This document shows positions 43,634 to 53,900 of a stretch of 64,000 nt of DNA, piece by piece (position 1 is the stretch's first letter; each line of letters begins with the position of its first letter). The translations under genes were made by a program, and so were the position numbers. The notes under the pieces are model-generated. The model ran no database searches. It worked only from the letters and a program-made list of their open reading frames with translations, and was not told where the DNA came from. The stretch lies in assembly GCA_016207885.1 (NCBI GenBank), contig JACQZE010000003.1, forward strand, positions 421,117 through 485,116, read 5' to 3'. The stretch comes from Nitrospirota bacterium (GTDB lineage Bacteria; Nitrospirota; Thermodesulfovibrionia; UBA6902).

Positions 43634-43762
43634 GCAGCCGAGGTTCTCTCAAAGAGAGGACGCGGGGGAACCAGTTTTTTGGGGCGTATTCCAGCAATGG
43701 ATAGGGCACTTCCAGGCCCGAGCCCGTCAGCTAACCTCGCAGGCATTTGGAAGGGCAATAGC
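43634..43762 (+). ncRNA. c-di-AMP riboswitch (ydaO/kimA class)
   Basis: ...cgcGGGGGAACCagtttttTGGGGcgtaTTCCagcaatggaTAGGGcacttccaggCCCGAGCCCGTCAGCTAACCTCGCAGGCatttggaaggg closely parallels the Thermoanaerobacter ydaO aptamer (GGAGGAACC...UUGGGGUUAAUC...CCCGCACCCGACAGCUAACUCCGGAGGC). Confidence 0.8.
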
Positions 43763-43763
43763 G

Positions 43764-43797
43764 AGAAAAACTAAACCGCTGCCCGGCGGTTTTTTTA
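43764..43797 (+). terminator. riboswitch expression-platform intrinsic terminator
   Basis: AAACCGCtgcccgGCGGTTTTTTTA. Confidence 0.7.
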
Positions 43798-43825
43798 TTT
43801 CCCCTTTTAGCCCTAAGGAGGAAAG

Positions 43826-45637
43826 ATGTCCATCAAGAATTTTCTCATCGGCAGTCCGATCGAGACCATCCGGGAAAAGCACGAACGTCTCAATAAAAAA
43901 ATGGGGCTCGCGGTATTCTCATCAGACCCGCTCTCGTCAGTAGCTTACGGAACTGAAGAGATCCTCTTTGCCCTCGTGGTCGGAGGCGCCGCCTTCATGA
44001 ACTATCTGATGCCCATAGCTGTCGCGATCGTCATCCTTGTTGCGATAGTGGCGACCTCATATTACCAGACCATCCACGCATATTCTTCCGGCGGCGGGGC
44101 GTATATCGTCGCGAAAGAAAATCTCGGGGATTATCCCGGCCTTGTCGCAGGAGCGGCGCTTCTTATCGATTATGTGCTTACGGTCACGGTCAGTGTTTCA
44201 GCAGGCATCGCTGCCATTACCTCTGCCTTTCCCGGAACGCGGGAATATACCGTTCTTTTCTGTCTCATGGCCATACTGTTTATCACAATGGTCAACCTGA
44301 GAGGGGTGAGAGAATCTGGCAAGGTATTTTCGTTTCCGGTCTATCTTTTTGTCGGAAGCCTGCTGCTTCTCATCGGGACGAGTTTTTGGAAATCATCTTC
44401 CCTGCCGCATCTTCCGTATAAAGACCTGAAGGATACGACATCAAGCATATTCCCCATCTTTATCATATTGAAGGCATTTGCCTCAGGGTGTGCTACGCTC
44501 ACCGGGATCGAAGCTGTATCAAACGGGGTGCGCGCATTCAAGGAACCGGAAGCGAAGAACGCCGGCATCACTCTTATATGGATGGCGGTTATCCTCGGCA
44601 TCCTCACAATAGGCATTGCATATTACGCGAACTATTTCGCTATCATGCCCAATGCGGATGAGACGGTCCTTTCCCAGCTTTCAAGAACGATATTTTCCAA
44701 GGGAATTATCTATTACACTATCCAGTTCGCCACAGCCCTGATCCTCATACTTGCAGCAAATACATCGTACGCTGACTTCCCAAGATTGTCTTCCATCATG
44801 GCAAATGACCGTTATCTGCCGAGGCAGTTGAGCAACCGCGGGGACAAGCTTGTATTCTCAAACGGCATCCTCATACTCGGTCTTCTTTCCGCCCTGCTGC
44901 TTGTGCTCTTCAGGGGCGACACCCACTCGCTTATCCCATTATATGCCGTAGGCGTCTTCACGGCCTTCACCTTATCACAGATCGGCATGGTCAGGCACTG
45001 GATGAAGGACAAGGGAAAGGGCTGGCTCAAAAGCGCCTTTATCAACGGCCTGGGCGGCCTTGTCACCGGCGTGGTACTGATAATAATAGCGGTAGAAAAA
45101 TTCTCACACGGCGCGTGGATGGTGCTCATAGCCATCCCGGTTCTGGTTTATCTGACGCAAAAGGTGCATGAGCATTATCTTTCCGTTGCCGGCCAGCTCT
45201 CTCTTGAAAAAGTTGAGCCTGCGAAGGAATATACTCACCATTCGGTGATCATACCTGTGTCAGGCCTTCAGACAGCTGTGTTGAACGCGATCAAGTACGC
45301 AAAGGCGCTTTCAGACGATGTGGCTGCGGTCTATGTCTGCCTCGATAACGTAGAGATGGAGCAGATGCAGGCGAAATGGAAGAGTTACGGAATGGGTGTC
45401 CCGCTTCTTATCCTGCACTCCCCCTACCGTTCGATCATTGAGCCGCTCATGGATTATATAGACGGAGTACGCGAGCAATATGAAGACGGCGTTATCACGG
45501 TCGTGCTGCCGGAGTTCGTGCCTCAGAAGTGGTGGCATCATCTCCTGCATAATCAAACAGCATTGTTCATCAAAGGTATGATCCTGTTCAAGAAAGGAGT
45601 TGTGTCCACAAGCGTGCCGCTGCATCTGAAGAGCTGA
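43826..45637 (+). CDS. kimA: KimA-like (APC-superfamily) high-affinity K+ importer
   Basis: 603 aa, 12 TM segments plus a cytoplasmic C-domain. The N-terminus is ...PLSSVAYGTEEIL... It lies directly downstream of the c-di-AMP riboswitch. RBS AAGGAGGA. Confidence 0.65.
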   Translation: MSIKNFLIGSPIETIREKHERLNKKMGLAVFSSDPLSSVAYGTEEILFALVVGGAAFMNYLMPIAVAIVILVAIVATSYYQTIHAYSSGGGAYIVAKENLGDYPGLVAGAALLIDYVLTVTVSVSAGIAAITSAFPGTREYTVLFCLMAILFITMVNLRGVRESGKVFSFPVYLFVGSLLLLIGTSFWKSSSLPHLPYKDLKDTTSSIFPIFIILKAFASGCATLTGIEAVSNGVRAFKEPEAKNAGITLIWMAVILGILTIGIAYYANYFAIMPNADETVLSQLSRTIFSKGIIYYTIQFATALILILAANTSYADFPRLSSIMANDRYLPRQLSNRGDKLVFSNGILILGLLSALLLVLFRGDTHSLIPLYAVGVFTAFTLSQIGMVRHWMKDKGKGWLKSAFINGLGGLVTGVVLIIIAVEKFSHGAWMVLIAIPVLVYLTQKVHEHYLSVAGQLSLEKVEPAKEYTHHSVIIPVSGLQTAVLNAIKYAKALSDDVAAVYVCLDNVEMEQMQAKWKSYGMGVPLLILHSPYRSIIEPLMDYIDGVREQYEDGVITVVLPEFVPQKWWHHLLHNQTALFIKGMILFKKGVVSTSVPLHLKS

Positions 45638-45724
45638 TCTCATTTGAATGCTCATGCAATGACTGCAAAACAAAAAGGGCCGGCAGGATAATCTGCCGGC
45701 CCCGGAAATAACAATATTGAAAAC

Positions 45725-46732
45725 TTAATTGATCGTAATTCCCCAGGGTGATCCGGCGTAAGAGCTGTCAGTCGCGGGCGCGAGCTTGATCGTCCCGACA
45801 ACTGTATTGTTTGTCGTATCAATGACCGATACTGAAACATCTCCGTGGTTTACGACATAAGCCCTGCTGCCTTCAGAATCCACCGCAACTCCTCTCGGCG
45901 CCTTGCCAACCTTGATCTCAGCCACAACCTTATCGCTGCCGGTATCAATAACAGTTACCGTGCCTTCTTCTCTTGTGACATATGCCCTGCCCTTTGCAGC
46001 GTCAACCCCAATGTACCAGGCGGTATCGCCGACCTTGATAAGGCCCTTGTCCTCCATCTTATCCGCGTCTATTACCATGACCGACCCTTTGCCGTGAATG
46101 GCTACAAAAACCTTCTTCTTCACATTATCAACAGCAAGGCCGAGCGGAGTATCAACGGTCTTTATCTTCTTGCTTACTTTATTAGTTGCAGTGTCAACGA
46201 CTGCAATCTCCCAATCAGTTGAGTTGCTGGCAAATACCTTGCCGTTTAATATATCCACATCAAAAGGGCCTACACCTACATCAATAGTACCTGTAACCTT
46301 ATTGGTCTTGAGGTCTATTATAGAGATGGTATGGCTGGCGTTCTTCCCGTCCACATAATTCTCGGTATCAGCTGCATACCCTATCCCGGCAGCTGTATCA
46401 AGCGCTATCGCCATCGGGCCTACACCAACTTTCACATTACCTACAACCGAATTGCTCTTAAGATCAACTACTGATACGCTGCTGTCGCCTGTGTTGGAAT
46501 TAACTACATACGCCTTGCCTGAAGCAGCATCCACTTCAATGCCCGCAGGCCAGGTACCGACTCTTATTGTGTTTATGACCTCATTTTTTGCGGGATCAAT
46601 GACCGATACTGTATTGTTGCCTGAGTTTGTGACATAGACAAGCTTGCCTGCCCCATTGGCCCAGACAGGGATGGCAAATACTGCAACTGCAATAATTGAA
46701 GCTAAGAATTTCCAAAAACTTTTCGATCTCAT
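45725..46732 (-). CDS. secreted YVTN-family beta-propeller repeat protein
   Basis: Signal peptide followed by repeated ...YVTNSGNNTVSVID.../...YVVNHGDVSVSVID... about 40-aa units. Confidence 0.7.
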   Translation of the reverse strand: MRSKSFWKFLASIIAVAVFAIPVWANGAGKLVYVTNSGNNTVSVIDPAKNEVINTIRVGTWPAGIEVDAASGKAYVVNSNTGDSSVSVVDLKSNSVVGNVKVGVGPMAIALDTAAGIGYAADTENYVDGKNASHTISIIDLKTNKVTGTIDVGVGPFDVDILNGKVFASNSTDWEIAVVDTATNKVSKKIKTVDTPLGLAVDNVKKKVFVAIHGKGSVMVIDADKMEDKGLIKVGDTAWYIGVDAAKGRAYVTREEGTVTVIDTGSDKVVAEIKVGKAPRGVAVDSEGSRAYVVNHGDVSVSVIDTTNNTVVGTIKLAPATDSSYAGSPWGITIN

Positions 46733-46793
46733 TTTCTCTCCTTTAAATTTGTTTATATTATTTCATACTGTTAAACAGCATCTTTAAACAATT

Positions 46794-47804
46794 CTAATCA
46801 ACAGCAACATCCCACGGCGAACCCGCATACGGGCTGCCCGGGGTAAGGCTCAGTTTTATAGTCTTAACGAGGACATTGTTTTCCGTGTCTATGACTGAAA
46901 CGCTGACGTCTTTGTGGTTCGTAACATAGGCCCGGTTATTTGCAGAATCAACAGCAATGCCAAGCGGGTCATTGCCGACCCTTATAGAGCCCGTGACCTT
47001 GTTTAAAGAGGCATCAATTATACTGACAGTATTAGCTGATCTGTTAGGGACATATAATCTGTTATGCACGGTATCAACCCCTATATACCACGGGTTCTTG
47101 CCGACTTTTATACTGGCAACAACCTTGTTGTTTTCAGGATCTATGGCTGAGATGCTGTTGCTGTTATGATTGGCTACATATACTCTGTCGCTTACAGAGC
47201 TGTATGCTGCGCCGAGAGGCACATTGCCGACAGGTATTGTTGCCATGACTGAATTCTTCTTCAGGTCAATTACAGAAACGCTGTCCTCGCCGGAATTAAC
47301 CACAAACAGCTTGTTCCTTCCGGGGTCGAGCGCCAACCCGAAAGGCTCTTTGCCGGCCTTTATATTGCCTGTTGAAGTATTATTGCCAAGATCCACAATC
47401 GATATTGTGTTGTTGCTGTTATCCGTATTGGTGACATAGGCCTTTTTTGACGCGGTGTCCAATGCAATGTGCATCGGGCCTGTCCCGACTTTTATCTTTC
47501 CGATAATAGAGTTGCTCTTAAGGTCTATTACCGCGACATTATTGTCAGAAGGGCCGGAGTTGACAATATAGGCCTTACGGGATTCATGGTCGATCGCGAT
47601 GCCTGACGGCCATACACCGACCCTGATCGTATTTACAACCTCTGCCTTTGAAGCATCAATGACCGATACGGTATTATTGCCCGCATTGGTAACATAGACC
47701 ATTTTTGCCGGAGCGGTGCTCTTGGCTATCGCAAAAAAAGGCGCTGCCATCATTAAAAACAGAAAAAAAGAAAATAAAAAGATCTTAATATTCCTTAAAA
47801 TCAT
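46794..47804 (-). CDS. secreted YVTN-family beta-propeller repeat protein (tandem paralog)
   Basis: Same repeat architecture. 336 aa. Confidence 0.7.
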   Translation of the reverse strand: MILRNIKIFLFSFFLFLMMAAPFFAIAKSTAPAKMVYVTNAGNNTVSVIDASKAEVVNTIRVGVWPSGIAIDHESRKAYIVNSGPSDNNVAVIDLKSNSIIGKIKVGTGPMHIALDTASKKAYVTNTDNSNNTISIVDLGNNTSTGNIKAGKEPFGLALDPGRNKLFVVNSGEDSVSVIDLKKNSVMATIPVGNVPLGAAYSSVSDRVYVANHNSNSISAIDPENNKVVASIKVGKNPWYIGVDTVHNRLYVPNRSANTVSIIDASLNKVTGSIRVGNDPLGIAVDSANNRAYVTNHKDVSVSVIDTENNVLVKTIKLSLTPGSPYAGSPWDVAVD

Positions 47805-47880
47805 TTCCCCTCCTGTTTTTTAAAAAATTAATAAGATACCGAGTTTATTTATATAGTTTTATGGCTTGACTTGTCAAGCG

Positions 47881-48744
47881 TTATGCATGCTGCCTTATAT
47901 ATTCAGCAACCTTTCTTTTATACTCCTGATGAATGGCCTTTGTTACTTTGCCCGGGCCGCTGCTTATCTTTATCTTGTCCACCATTGAAACAGGCATTAC
48001 CTCCATCGTTGTGTTTGATATAAAGACTTCACCGGCACAATAGATATGGGACGGCCTGAACTTTCCCTCGCGAACCTTTATACCAAGCTCTTCCGCAATT
48101 CCGATAATGGCCGTGCGCGTAATGCCGTTAAGGATGCCGACACTGATTTCAGGTGTGTAAAGTGTTCCGTTCTTTACAAAGAAGATGTTGCTTATCGTTC
48201 CCTCGGCAATATAGCCGCTGTAATTCAGCATCACCGCCTCATACGCGCCTCTCTCTTTCCCCTCTATCTTTGCGAGTATGTTGTTCAGAAAGTTAAGCGA
48301 CTTGATCGCAGGGTCAATAGACTTGTTGAAGTTCCGCCGGGTATTCACTATCGCAATATTGACGCCGCTCTTATAATAAGCAGAGAGGTATCCCTGAAAT
48401 GGATTCGCAATAATTACGAAGGTGGGTTTCGGACAGAGCTCCGGATCCAGCCCGATAGGCCCCCTGCCCCTTGATACTGTTATTCTTATATAGGCGTCAG
48501 ACAGCCTGTTCGCCTTAACGGTCTTGTTTACAGCCCTGATTATCGCTTCAGGAGTTTTGGATATATCTAATCTGATAAGAGCTGCGGAATTAAAGAGCCT
48601 TCCGATATGTTCTTCGATCTTAAAGGCCACACCATTATACGCCCTGAGAGTTTCATAAATGCCGTCGCCGTAGAGAAACCCGTGGTCAAAGACAGAGACA
48701 ACCGCCTTACTGTCGGGAACAAGCCTGTTATTCAGGTAGATCAT
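47881..48744 (-). CDS. ilvE: class IV aminotransferase (branched-chain / D-amino-acid aminotransferase family)
   Basis: FDHGFLYGDGIYETLRAYNG and ...EVFISNTTMEVMPV are class IV signatures. 287 aa. Confidence 0.65.
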   Translation of the reverse strand: MIYLNNRLVPDSKAVVSVFDHGFLYGDGIYETLRAYNGVAFKIEEHIGRLFNSAALIRLDISKTPEAIIRAVNKTVKANRLSDAYIRITVSRGRGPIGLDPELCPKPTFVIIANPFQGYLSAYYKSGVNIAIVNTRRNFNKSIDPAIKSLNFLNNILAKIEGKERGAYEAVMLNYSGYIAEGTISNIFFVKNGTLYTPEISVGILNGITRTAIIGIAEELGIKVREGKFRPSHIYCAGEVFISNTTMEVMPVSMVDKIKISSGPGKVTKAIHQEYKRKVAEYIRQHA

Positions 48745-48754
48745 ATGTTCCTGT

Positions 48755-49756
48755 TTACGTTCCGATCAGCTGTTCAAGTTCCTTAAGCTGTTTCTTTTCA
48801 CCCATGGCAATCAGCGTGTCACCTGTCTTTATAATGCTTGATGATGTGGGGTTGAACTCCATCTCTCCGGTCTCTCTCTTTATCGCCACAATGATGACCC
48901 TCAATGCCTTGCGCAGCCCGCATTCATCAAGCGTCCTGCCGGTAAAGTTTGATTCCTTCTTCACCTTTACCTCTTCTATCTGAAGCTCAAGGTTTCCGCT
49001 TCGTGTTGCAAACTCTAAAAAGTCTACAACTGACGGCTTGAGAAGCGTGTGCGCTATCCTGAGCCCGCCGATCTGATAAGGCGAGATGACGTTGTCAGCC
49101 CCTGCCCTGAGAAGTTTCTTGTCAGACCCTTCCTCGCCTGCCCTTGCAACTATCCTGAGTTTAGGGTTCAGGCCTCTGGCGGAAAGGACAACATACAGGT
49201 TGTCGGCATCTGACGGCAGCACCGATATCAGCCCCCTTGCCCTCTCAATACCAGCCTCCTTAAGGTCCGCATCCTGTGTCGCATCCCCTTTCAGCATGAG
49301 CACGCCGGGGCTTGCAAGCGCAGGGTTTTCGACTGAATTCTCAATCACTACAAATGGCGCCCCGTGCTGGAGCATCTCCTTGCAGATGATCTTTCCCATC
49401 CTCCCGTGTCCGCAGATAATATAGTGGTCTTTTATGCTCTGAATTTTCTTGTCCAATTTGCTCCTCCCGAAAACCTCTCTGATTTCTCCTTCAAAGATCA
49501 ACCTGGCGCCGACGCCAAGCGCGTAGAGCATCGCTCCCACGCCAAACATTATAAGAATGATGGTAAAAGACCTGCCTGCCTGTGAAAGCGGGTGGATCTC
49601 CCCGTACCCTACAGTTGTCAGGGTTATGATCGTCATGTAAAGGGAATCGAACAGATTCCATCCCTCTACAAAAAAATAGCCTGCTGTGCCAAACGATATA
49701 ACCCCGGCAATGACTAATATCGGGCTTATTATCCTTTCCCTTACATTCATGGTCAT
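48755..49756 (-). CDS. MthK-like K+ channel with RCK (TrkA-N/TrkA-C) gating ring
   Basis: Two TM helices with selectivity filter TTVGYGE, then a Rossmann motif (IICGHGRMGK) and a TrkA-C-like C-terminus. Confidence 0.8.
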   Translation of the reverse strand: MTMNVRERIISPILVIAGVISFGTAGYFFVEGWNLFDSLYMTIITLTTVGYGEIHPLSQAGRSFTIILIMFGVGAMLYALGVGARLIFEGEIREVFGRSKLDKKIQSIKDHYIICGHGRMGKIICKEMLQHGAPFVVIENSVENPALASPGVLMLKGDATQDADLKEAGIERARGLISVLPSDADNLYVVLSARGLNPKLRIVARAGEEGSDKKLLRAGADNVISPYQIGGLRIAHTLLKPSVVDFLEFATRSGNLELQIEEVKVKKESNFTGRTLDECGLRKALRVIIVAIKRETGEMEFNPTSSSIIKTGDTLIAMGEKKQLKELEQLIGT

Positions 49757-49789
49757 TAATTATAAAGAATTACAAATAGTTTTTTCGGT

Positions 49790-50713
49790 TTATTTTCTCT
49801 CAACAATAGCAAAACCAGGCATCACCGCGTTACAGACCAAATCTTCCAGCTGGCTATAATCATATTTCAATTGCGCCGCCCTTAAGCAAGCATAATATAT
49901 GTTTTTTTCTTCTTGCATGATCACCGCAGGCGCGATACTTTTTTTCAAAAGCATAGCTGTTAAAATCAACCTCCCGATGCGGCCATTGCCATCGGAAAAT
50001 GGATGTATCTGCTCAAATCTTGCGTGGATATTTGAAACATGCGCAATATTATCCTTTTGCCCTCTGCTTATGTCCTCGATAATACCCTGCATTAACGCCG
50101 GAACTTTGATATAGTTTGCCGTAGGCACATTAGAACCGACAATGCGCACGCCATGCCTGCGATAAAAACCGGCATCATCTTTGATCCCATTCATCAAAAT
50201 ACTATGCAATTTTAATATTAAATCTTCGTTGATTTTATTTTTGCCTTCAAGATACCCAAAAAGATATTGCAAAGCTGTTTGATGATTTTTAACCTCAAGC
50301 TGTTCGATCAGGCTTTTATCGGGTATTGATCTGTTATTGAAAATAATATCAGCCGTTTCATCTTCCGATAAGGTTGAACCCTCTATCTTGTTGGAATTAT
50401 ATGTAAGAGAAAGTAAAAACTGATCATAAATATCTGGGTTTTTTAAAATTATATTCAGGATATTCCGATTCTCATCGGATTTTTTTGCGATCAACTCTTT
50501 TTTTGCCGCCAAAACAGTTTCGGGTATTATTGTCTGCCCGGTATATGCTTTATATAACGCATCAATTGCATCTTCCTGTTTTTTTCTCGGTTTAGCTTTC
50601 TCATTCCACCAATTATTAAGCGCGACAAAAGAGACGCCGATTTTGGCGGCCATTTCAGTCTGCGTCAGTCCTGATATCTTCTGAATGATCTTAAGCTTCT
50701 CTTTGGTATTCAT
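49790..50713 (-). CDS. HTH(XRE)-Fic fusion protein
   Basis: N-terminal HTH (GLTQTEMAAKIGVSFVALNNW). Fic motif HPFSDGNGRIGRLIL. Confidence 0.75.
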   Translation of the reverse strand: MNTKEKLKIIQKISGLTQTEMAAKIGVSFVALNNWWNEKAKPRKKQEDAIDALYKAYTGQTIIPETVLAAKKELIAKKSDENRNILNIILKNPDIYDQFLLSLTYNSNKIEGSTLSEDETADIIFNNRSIPDKSLIEQLEVKNHQTALQYLFGYLEGKNKINEDLILKLHSILMNGIKDDAGFYRRHGVRIVGSNVPTANYIKVPALMQGIIEDISRGQKDNIAHVSNIHARFEQIHPFSDGNGRIGRLILTAMLLKKSIAPAVIMQEEKNIYYACLRAAQLKYDYSQLEDLVCNAVMPGFAIVERK

Positions 50714-50727
50714 AAAGCCATATTATC

Positions 50728-50774
50728 AAACTTTATAAAGTTTGTCTATATTTATGGATTTTATAAAGTTTCAC
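50728..50774. promoter_or_regulatory. perfect 16-bp palindrome AAACTTTATAAAGTTT plus half-site repeat upstream of HTH-Fic (candidate auto-operator)
   Basis: AAACTTTATAAAGTTT (50728-50743), and TTTTATAAAGTTTCAC at 50759-50774. Confidence 0.45.
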
Positions 50775-50863
50775 TATTTACAAAATCAATTTTTGATAGC
50801 AAGTCGCGGAGAATTGAATGGGAGTGAGAAATTATGCCCCAATAATTATATTGCAGAAAATAA

Positions 50864-50912
50864 AAGAGGGATGAGCCTGTTTGTATTGCACATGCAGGCT
50901 CATCCCTCTTGA
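50864..50912 (-). terminator. rpoC terminator hairpin
   Basis: AAGAGGGATGAGCCTG tttgtattgcacatg CAGGCTCATCCCTCTT lies immediately 3' of rpoC. Confidence 0.55.
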
Positions 50913-50916
50913 AAAT

Positions 50917-53900
50917 TTATTCTTGTTCTTCAGTGCTGATAAAAGTATCCCTGTATCTCGGCATGCCCGTGCCGGCAGGAATAAGCCTTCCCATGATCAC
51001 ATTCTCTTTAAGCCCTCTCAGTTCATCGGTCGCGCCGCCTATTGCCGCTTCTGTGAGCACCCTTGTGGTCTCCTGGAAAGAGGCTGCGGAGATAAAGCTG
51101 TATGTGCTCAAAGATGCCTTGGTGATACCAAGAAGTATAGGCTTCGCCTTTGCAGGCTGCCCCTTCTGCTTCAGGGCCTTCAGGTTCTCGGCCTCAAAGT
51201 CCGCCTTGTCAACCTGCTCGCCTTCGAGAAATCCTGTATCGCCTGAATCCTCGATCTTCACCTTCTTCATCATCTGCCTGGCAATGACTTCTATGTGCTT
51301 GTCGTTAATGGAGACGCCCTGAAGCCTGTAGACCTTCTGCACCTCTCCGACAAGATAACGCTGAAGCTCTTTGGGCCCGAGGATCTCCAATATGCTGTGC
51401 GGGTTCACAGAGCCGTCCATGAGCGGTTCGCCGGCCTTCACAAACTCGCCTTCGTTGACACTCAGGTGTTTACCCTTTGGTATGTTGTACTCCCTCGTAT
51501 CCGTGCCGCCTCTTACGTTTACTACTCTCATACCCTTGTGAAAGCCCTTGAATTCCACGATACCGTCGATCTCGCTGACGACAGCATGCTCTTTCGGCTT
51601 CCTTGCCTCAAAGAGTTCTGCAACACGCGGAAGTCCTCCGGTGATGTCCTTTGTCTTTGAGGTCTCTCTCGGGATCTTGGCTATTATGTCGCCGGGATGA
51701 ACGATATCACCCCTGTCAACAAGAAGATGAGAACCAAGTGAAAGCAGGTACCGCGCAATATTGTTCGTGCCCGGGATCTTTTGTGTGGCCCTTCCCTGTT
51801 CGTCCTTAATGGAAAGCCTCGGCCTTCTGTCAGGCGGGTACTCGATGACAACTTTATGCGAAAGCCCTGTAACTTCATCAACCTCTTCCTTGACCGTTAC
51901 GCCTTCTATGATATCTCCAAGCGCTATCTTGCCGCCGACCTGCGTGACGATCGGTATTGAGTACGGATCCCATTCCACGAGCAGGTCTCCCGCGTTTATC
52001 TTCTCATTGTCCTTGACCTTTATCTTTGCTCCATAAACTACGGAATATTTCTCCTTCTCTCTTCCTTTTGAATCCACGATCGCGATGCTTCCATTGCGGG
52101 TAAGCGCGACAAGAGAACCTTCCCTGTCCTTGACCGTTGAGAGGTCAATGAACTGGACTGATCCGTTATTCTTGGCCTTAAGCACACTCTGCTCGACCAT
52201 CCTTGTTGCGGTACCGCCGATATGGAAGGTTCTCATCGTAAGCTGTGTTCCGGGCTCACCTATGGACTGCGCGGCCACGATTCCAACTGCTGCGCCTATC
52301 TCTACAGGCTCGCCTTTCCCAAGATCCCTGCCGTAACACTGCCTGCAGACACCGTGTTTTGACTCACATGTAAGAACAGACCTGATCTTGACGTTGCTTA
52401 TGCCCGCCCCGACTATATCCTGTGAAAGCTGGCTGTTTATCTCAACGCCTCTCTTTGCGATCACCTTCCCGGTTATCGGGTCCTTGACCTCTTCCGCTGA
52501 TACTCTTCCGAATATCCTCTCTTCAAGCGGTTCAATGATCTCGCCGCTCTCTACGAGGCTTGCGACCTCGATCCCGTCACGGGTGCCGCAGTCATCTTCT
52601 GAAATTACAACATCCTGGGTGACATCAACCAGCCTTCTTGTCAGGTAACCTGAGTTAGCTGTCTTTAATGCCGTGTCTGCAAGTCCCTTTCTCGCGCCGT
52701 GTGTCGAGATGAAATATTGAAGCGGCGCCAGCCCTTCCCTGAAGTTAGCGGTTATCGGGGTCTCGATGATCTCACCCGAAGGCTTGGCCATAAGTCCTCT
52801 CATTCCTGCCAGCTGCCTTATCTGTGCGGCAGAGCCCCTTGCGCCGGAATCCGCCATCATGAAGATATTATTAAATGAACGGAGCTCTTTAAGTTCGTCG
52901 TCAGTAAGCTTTTCAACATGCTTTACGCCTTCAGCTCCCAGTTCCTTCATCATCGCCTCGGCGACCTTCTCTGTGACCTGCGCCCATATGTCCACAACCT
53001 TGTTATACCGCTCGCCGTTTGTGATAAGGCCGTCAGAATACTGGTTTTCCACATCAAGGACCTCATGTTCCGCCTTCTTTATGAACTCGGTCTTCTGGTG
53101 CGGGATATGCATGTCATCTATGCAGATCGAGGAGCCTGACCTGGTCGCGTATTTGAACCCTATCTTCTCGATATTATCAAGGAAAGCGACCGTCTCTTTT
53201 CTTCCAACCCTCTTGTAATAATAGCTGATGAGCTTTCCGACCTCTTTCTTGGTCATTACCTTGTTCACCATCTCATATGGTATCGCATCAATTACTATCT
53301 CATTAAGGATGATACGGCCGACTGTAGTGTCGACAAAAGAACCGTTCATCCTCACCTTGACAGCCGCATGCTCGCTCACTACTCCCGCGTCATAAGCAAT
53401 CCTCACTTCTTCAGGGCCGTAGAAGACCTTGCCTTCCCCTTTTGCCCCTGTCTTCTTCTTTGTGAGGTAATAAATACCAAGTACCATGTCCTGAGAAGGT
53501 ATCGTTATCGGCTCGCCGTTGGAAGGGTTGAGTATATTGTTAACAGACATCATAAGCACCCTTGCCTCTATCTGCGCCTCTATGGAAAGAGGAATATGTA
53601 TAGCCATCTGGTCGCCGTCAAAGTCAGCGTTAAATGCCGTACATACGAGCGGGTGAAGTTTTATGGCCTTGCCCTCTACAAGCACAGGGTCAAATGCCTG
53701 AATACCGAGCCTGTGAAGCGTCGGCGCCCTGTTAAGAAGGACCGGATGCTCCCTGATGACCTCGTCAAGACAGTCCCAGATGGCCTCATCTCCCCTCTCA
53801 ACCATCTTCTTTGCGGCCTTTATCGTAGTGACGTATCCCTTCTCTTCAAGCTTGCTGAATACAAAAGGGGTGAAGAGCTCAAGCGCCATGCTCTTTGGAA

